Origin: an uncultured Verrucomicrobiae bacterium
GTDB taxonomy: Bacteria; Verrucomicrobiota; Verrucomicrobiia; Chthoniobacterales; Chthoniobacteraceae
NCBI GenBank assembly: GCA_963836755.1
Contig: CAWIKF010000002.1
Location: forward strand, 320,001 to 384,000
Reading direction: 5' to 3'
DNA: 64,000 nt
The notes under the pieces were generated by a model. The model ran no database searches and had not been told where the DNA came from. It was given only the letters and a program-made list of their open reading frames with translations. Every line of letters begins with the position of its first letter. The stretch's first letter is position 1. A program made the translations under genes and the position numbers. This document shows, piece by piece, positions 60,914 through 64,000 of the stretch.

Positions 60914-63214
60914 ATGAACAACAATCCATCTGCAAAATCCCGGTTTAATCCCCTACCGAGCATATTCAAGAATATCTTCCCAGCGATCTTCCTGGGCGTC
61001 ACTCTCTCTTGGAGCGGTCATTTAGAAGGTGCTGAGAGCGCGCCGTCTCCAGCCTCATTCGTCGATCCTCTAATCGGCACCGGCCCCAACGCCACTGTCA
61101 AAGTAGGATGGTCGTTTGATACCGGAAATGTCTTTCCCGGGCCGGTATGCCCCCGCGGGATGCTGGCGTGGAGCCCGGATACCACGAACAAGGACAAGAT
61201 CGCCGGCGGCTACTGGTATCCGGACGACAAGATCGAAGGCTTCAGCTTGACGCACTTTAGCGGCCGCGGGGTGGTTTGTCTCAAAGATGTGACCTTCATG
61301 CCGCTGGTGCAGCCCGTCGCCGCATCCCCTGGCGCCGATTGGAAACCGTATGAAGCTGGCTATTCCCACAAGAACGAAAATGCGTCGGCGGGCTATTACG
61401 CGGTAAAATTTGACAACGGCCTGCAAACGGAATTGACCACAACGCCCAGAACCGGGATGGCTCGTTTTACCTTCCCGGCGCAATCCACCGCCACGCTCTT
61501 AATCCGGGCGAACGGGTCCATTTCGGTAAGTGGAAACGAGGTTTCCGGTTATTCCGATTCGAGAGTCGGGAAGTCAAAGCAAGCTTATAAAGTCTATTTC
61601 TTTGCCCAGTTCACGCGTCCGATCAAGAGCGCCAAGACATGGGTTGCGGACAGGCTTAACGATGCCGCCACTGCCGATGGAAAAAGCTCCGGCGCCATCC
61701 TCAGCTTTGACACCGCAAGCGACCCTGTGGTGCAAGTGCGTGTTGGTATGTCTTACACCAGCCAGGAAAACGCCCGGGACAACCTTAAGCGCGAAAACGC
61801 CGACGGAGACTTTGAGACCGTGAGAAAAAATGCGGTCACGCTTTGGAACAGCGAGCTGAACCGCATCCAGGTCGAAGGCGGAACGGACGCGGGAAAGAAG
61901 GTCTTTTATACCGCGCTCTATCACTGCTTTATTCATCCAAATTTTCTGGATGACGCCAATGGCCAATACATTGGCATGGACTCGAAAGTTCATACCGTGC
62001 CGGCAGGGCATCACCAGTATCAGAATATTCCTGCCTGGGACGAGCACCGCTCCCACTCTCCGTTGATGGCCATTATCGCTAGCAACGAAAGCAGCGATGT
62101 GATCCAGTCGCTGGTCAATTATGCCCAGCAGGATGCCAGCGTGAGCCCGAATGGCGGCGGGTTGCCGCGTTGGGAGCAGATCAACCACAACTCGGGCGGC
62201 ATGAGAGGCGACGGGGATGACTCGATTATCGCCGCGTCATACTCCTTCGGGGCGACGCAGTTCGATACGAAGGCCGCCTGGGAAGCGATGGATAAAGGGG
62301 CCTCCCAGCCCGGGACCACTTCGGACGGACACAAGGTGCGCGGCGATCTTGAGCAATACCTGAGCGAGGGATACGTGCCAGAGGCGGCGTCGACCTTGGA
62401 GTATTGCAATGATGACTTTGCTCTCTCCCAATTCGCAAAGGTGATGGGGGACGAGCAGAAGTCCGCGATGTATCTGAAGCGGGCTCAGAACTGGAAGAAC
62501 CTCTTTGATCCAGCCACAGGATGGATCCGTGCGCGTATTGCCGGCGGAGCCTGGGATGGGGATAAGTTCTCGCCTAGCAGCGGCAGGGGTTTTATCGAGG
62601 GCACCGCGGCCCAGTATTTTTGGATGGTGAACTTCAATCTGCGGGCGCTTATCGAGAAAATCGGCGGCAATGACAAAGCCGTTGAACGCCTGGATCATTT
62701 CTTCACCAAGACCAATAGCGGCCTGAGAGGTGACATGGCCTACATGGGCAACGAACCGAGTGAAGAGACCCCGTGGGTATACGATTTTGCCGGCGCGCCA
62801 TGGCGCACGCAGGATGTCGTTCGCCGCATCCAAACCGAACTCTTCACCGCCGACCCGAGCGGCATTCCGGGCAATGACGACGCCGGTTCCTTATCCTCCT
62901 GGTATGTTTTCTCCGCCTTGGGTCTTTATCCGGAGATTCCGGGTGTGGCCGGATTTGTGGTGGGAAGCCCGGTGTTTCCGAAGGCAATCCTCCATATGGA
63001 TAACGGCAAGACGCTACAGGTCATCGGCAGGAATGCCTCATTGACCAATCCCTATGTTCAAAGCCTGGAAGTGGGTGAACAGGCATGGGATAGCCCGTGG
63101 ATTCCCTGGTCAAAGCTATCGGATGGCGGTGCTGTTAAGTTTACCCTCGGCAACAAGCCTTCCTCGTGGGGAAAGGATCCCGCGAAAGCGCCGCCCTCCT
63201 TTGATAGCAAATAA
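60914..63214 (+). CDS. Secreted glycoside hydrolase family 92 (alpha-mannosidase)
   Basis: VDPLIGT, SPDT, FSLTHFSGRG, FYTALYH, TLEY..DDF, EG...QY, GNEPS, PGNDDAG.LSSWYVF. Confidence 0.93.
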   Translation: MNNNPSAKSRFNPLPSIFKNIFPAIFLGVTLSWSGHLEGAESAPSPASFVDPLIGTGPNATVKVGWSFDTGNVFPGPVCPRGMLAWSPDTTNKDKIAGGYWYPDDKIEGFSLTHFSGRGVVCLKDVTFMPLVQPVAASPGADWKPYEAGYSHKNENASAGYYAVKFDNGLQTELTTTPRTGMARFTFPAQSTATLLIRANGSISVSGNEVSGYSDSRVGKSKQAYKVYFFAQFTRPIKSAKTWVADRLNDAATADGKSSGAILSFDTASDPVVQVRVGMSYTSQENARDNLKRENADGDFETVRKNAVTLWNSELNRIQVEGGTDAGKKVFYTALYHCFIHPNFLDDANGQYIGMDSKVHTVPAGHHQYQNIPAWDEHRSHSPLMAIIASNESSDVIQSLVNYAQQDASVSPNGGGLPRWEQINHNSGGMRGDGDDSIIAASYSFGATQFDTKAAWEAMDKGASQPGTTSDGHKVRGDLEQYLSEGYVPEAASTLEYCNDDFALSQFAKVMGDEQKSAMYLKRAQNWKNLFDPATGWIRARIAGGAWDGDKFSPSSGRGFIEGTAAQYFWMVNFNLRALIEKIGGNDKAVERLDHFFTKTNSGLRGDMAYMGNEPSEETPWVYDFAGAPWRTQDVVRRIQTELFTADPSGIPGNDDAGSLSSWYVFSALGLYPEIPGVAGFVVGSPVFPKAILHMDNGKTLQVIGRNASLTNPYVQSLEVGEQAWDSPWIPWSKLSDGGAVKFTLGNKPSSWGKDPAKAPPSFDSK

Positions 63215-63419
63215 AGACATCCATGGAAGAACGGGACACCGGTGAAGGCCATCTATCATCGGTGGCCCAGGGAAACAGAGGAATGGCCGTTTCGCGTAAC
63301 GGAAGTTCGCTGACTCGGCCCGCGAACAAACAGGATTAGCAAAGGGGAAGGCGGGGGGAAGAACGGTCAGTCAACATACATTTTTTGACAGGCGGCTGCC
63401 GATTGTTGACGCTGGCGGT

Positions 63420-63500
63420 ATGGCGCGCAGCGTCCGACTATGCCGGGGCGTTTCACCACGTCATGGCGCGCGGCAACCGGCGGCAGGCCATTTCCGCGAT
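63420..63500 (+). mobile_element. N-terminal stub of REP-associated tyrosine (Y1/RAYT-type) transposase
   Basis: MARSVR / YAGAFHHVMARGNRRQAI with frameshift; TTGACA upstream at 63385; no HUH motif remains. Confidence 0.65.
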
Positions 63501-63528
63501 CCCCTCGACCAGCGATCACGTTGCGGCT

Positions 63529-63713
63529 AACTATGTATCGTTGGTCCCCGGGCGAGGAAGACCATCACCATTGAGGCCGCCGCGGCCAGCCTCAAGGGCG
63601 AGAAACCTCTAGCACTGGTCGATGGCCGGAACATCGCCGTAAACCCGGTAACCACGCCCTCTGCCCTCGTTGTCTTAAACGAGAAAGCCCAGGTCGGCTT
63701 CACAAAGGGTTGA
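63529..63713 (+). pseudogene. C-terminal Ig-like remnant of a second GH2-type glycosidase
   Basis: NYVSLVPG/E.KTITIEAAAASLKGEKPLALVDGRN resembles GYFSLLPGETKHLTIQ...AVECWN of the GH2 in this window. Confidence 0.55.
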
Positions 63714-64000
63714 CGTGCTTCTTGCCTGCTTGGCCGTTGACAATGCGTCCGGAGACCGAGATGAACCGCGTCCCAGAACACGTTTACAAAGCCCGCCAAA
63801 TTGCCTTGCCACGTTGGTAGTTCAACGGGCTGCTAAGTGCTGTTCATCGCAGTTTTGCGATGTTTGAATGGTGTCAGAAAACACTTTGACTCTGTGAATA
63901 AGCAAAATGGGATTTTCCAGTTCATCATTTTTACTGCCATCATAAGCTGTTTGACCGCGATGGCGTTGGGAGCGGAGAGCTATCTAACGCCGGAATCGCT

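Overview
High-GC bacterial chromosome segment containing dnaA-dnaN and DnaA boxes, so probably at or near the replication origin. A Verrucomicrobiota (Chthoniobacterales-like) source is my inference from gene repertoire and style, not proven. Bases 1 to ~43.4 kb are mostly housekeeping: tsaB, ribD, gltB, recR, a ClpX-like ATPase, dinB-ubiX-ribBA-ribH-nusB-ftsY, argA, dnaA, dnaN, recQ, tRNA-Ile(CAT) and tRNA-Leu(CAG). This part also holds non-coding elements the ORF track misses: a c-di-AMP (ydaO-type) riboswitch ahead of a KimA-like transporter, two unrelated 21-bp-period tandem arrays, and a REP-doublet-like palindrome. A run of single-base frameshifts at 31.3-34.6 kb looks like assembly error. 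From ~43.5 kb codon usage looks less GC3-biased. A xylose-type ABC operon with two binding proteins is followed by an orphan 5' half of tRNA-Leu(TAG) with an 11-bp tandem repeat nearby, resembling an att junction. Accessory DNA follows. Its most interesting part is a partly decayed cluster: two different radical SAM enzymes (one with Tes/GDGT-MAS-like C-terminal motifs), TIGR04282/TIGR04283-type transferases, DUF547, DedA, a disulfide oxidoreductase and a flavoprotein stub. This is an arsenosugar-type neighbourhood with no arsM in view and an unknown product. SRAP/DUF72 remnants, a GH2-CBM32 and GH92 pair and a RAYT transposase stub complete the window. All family assignments are from motif recognition by eye; no searches were run.
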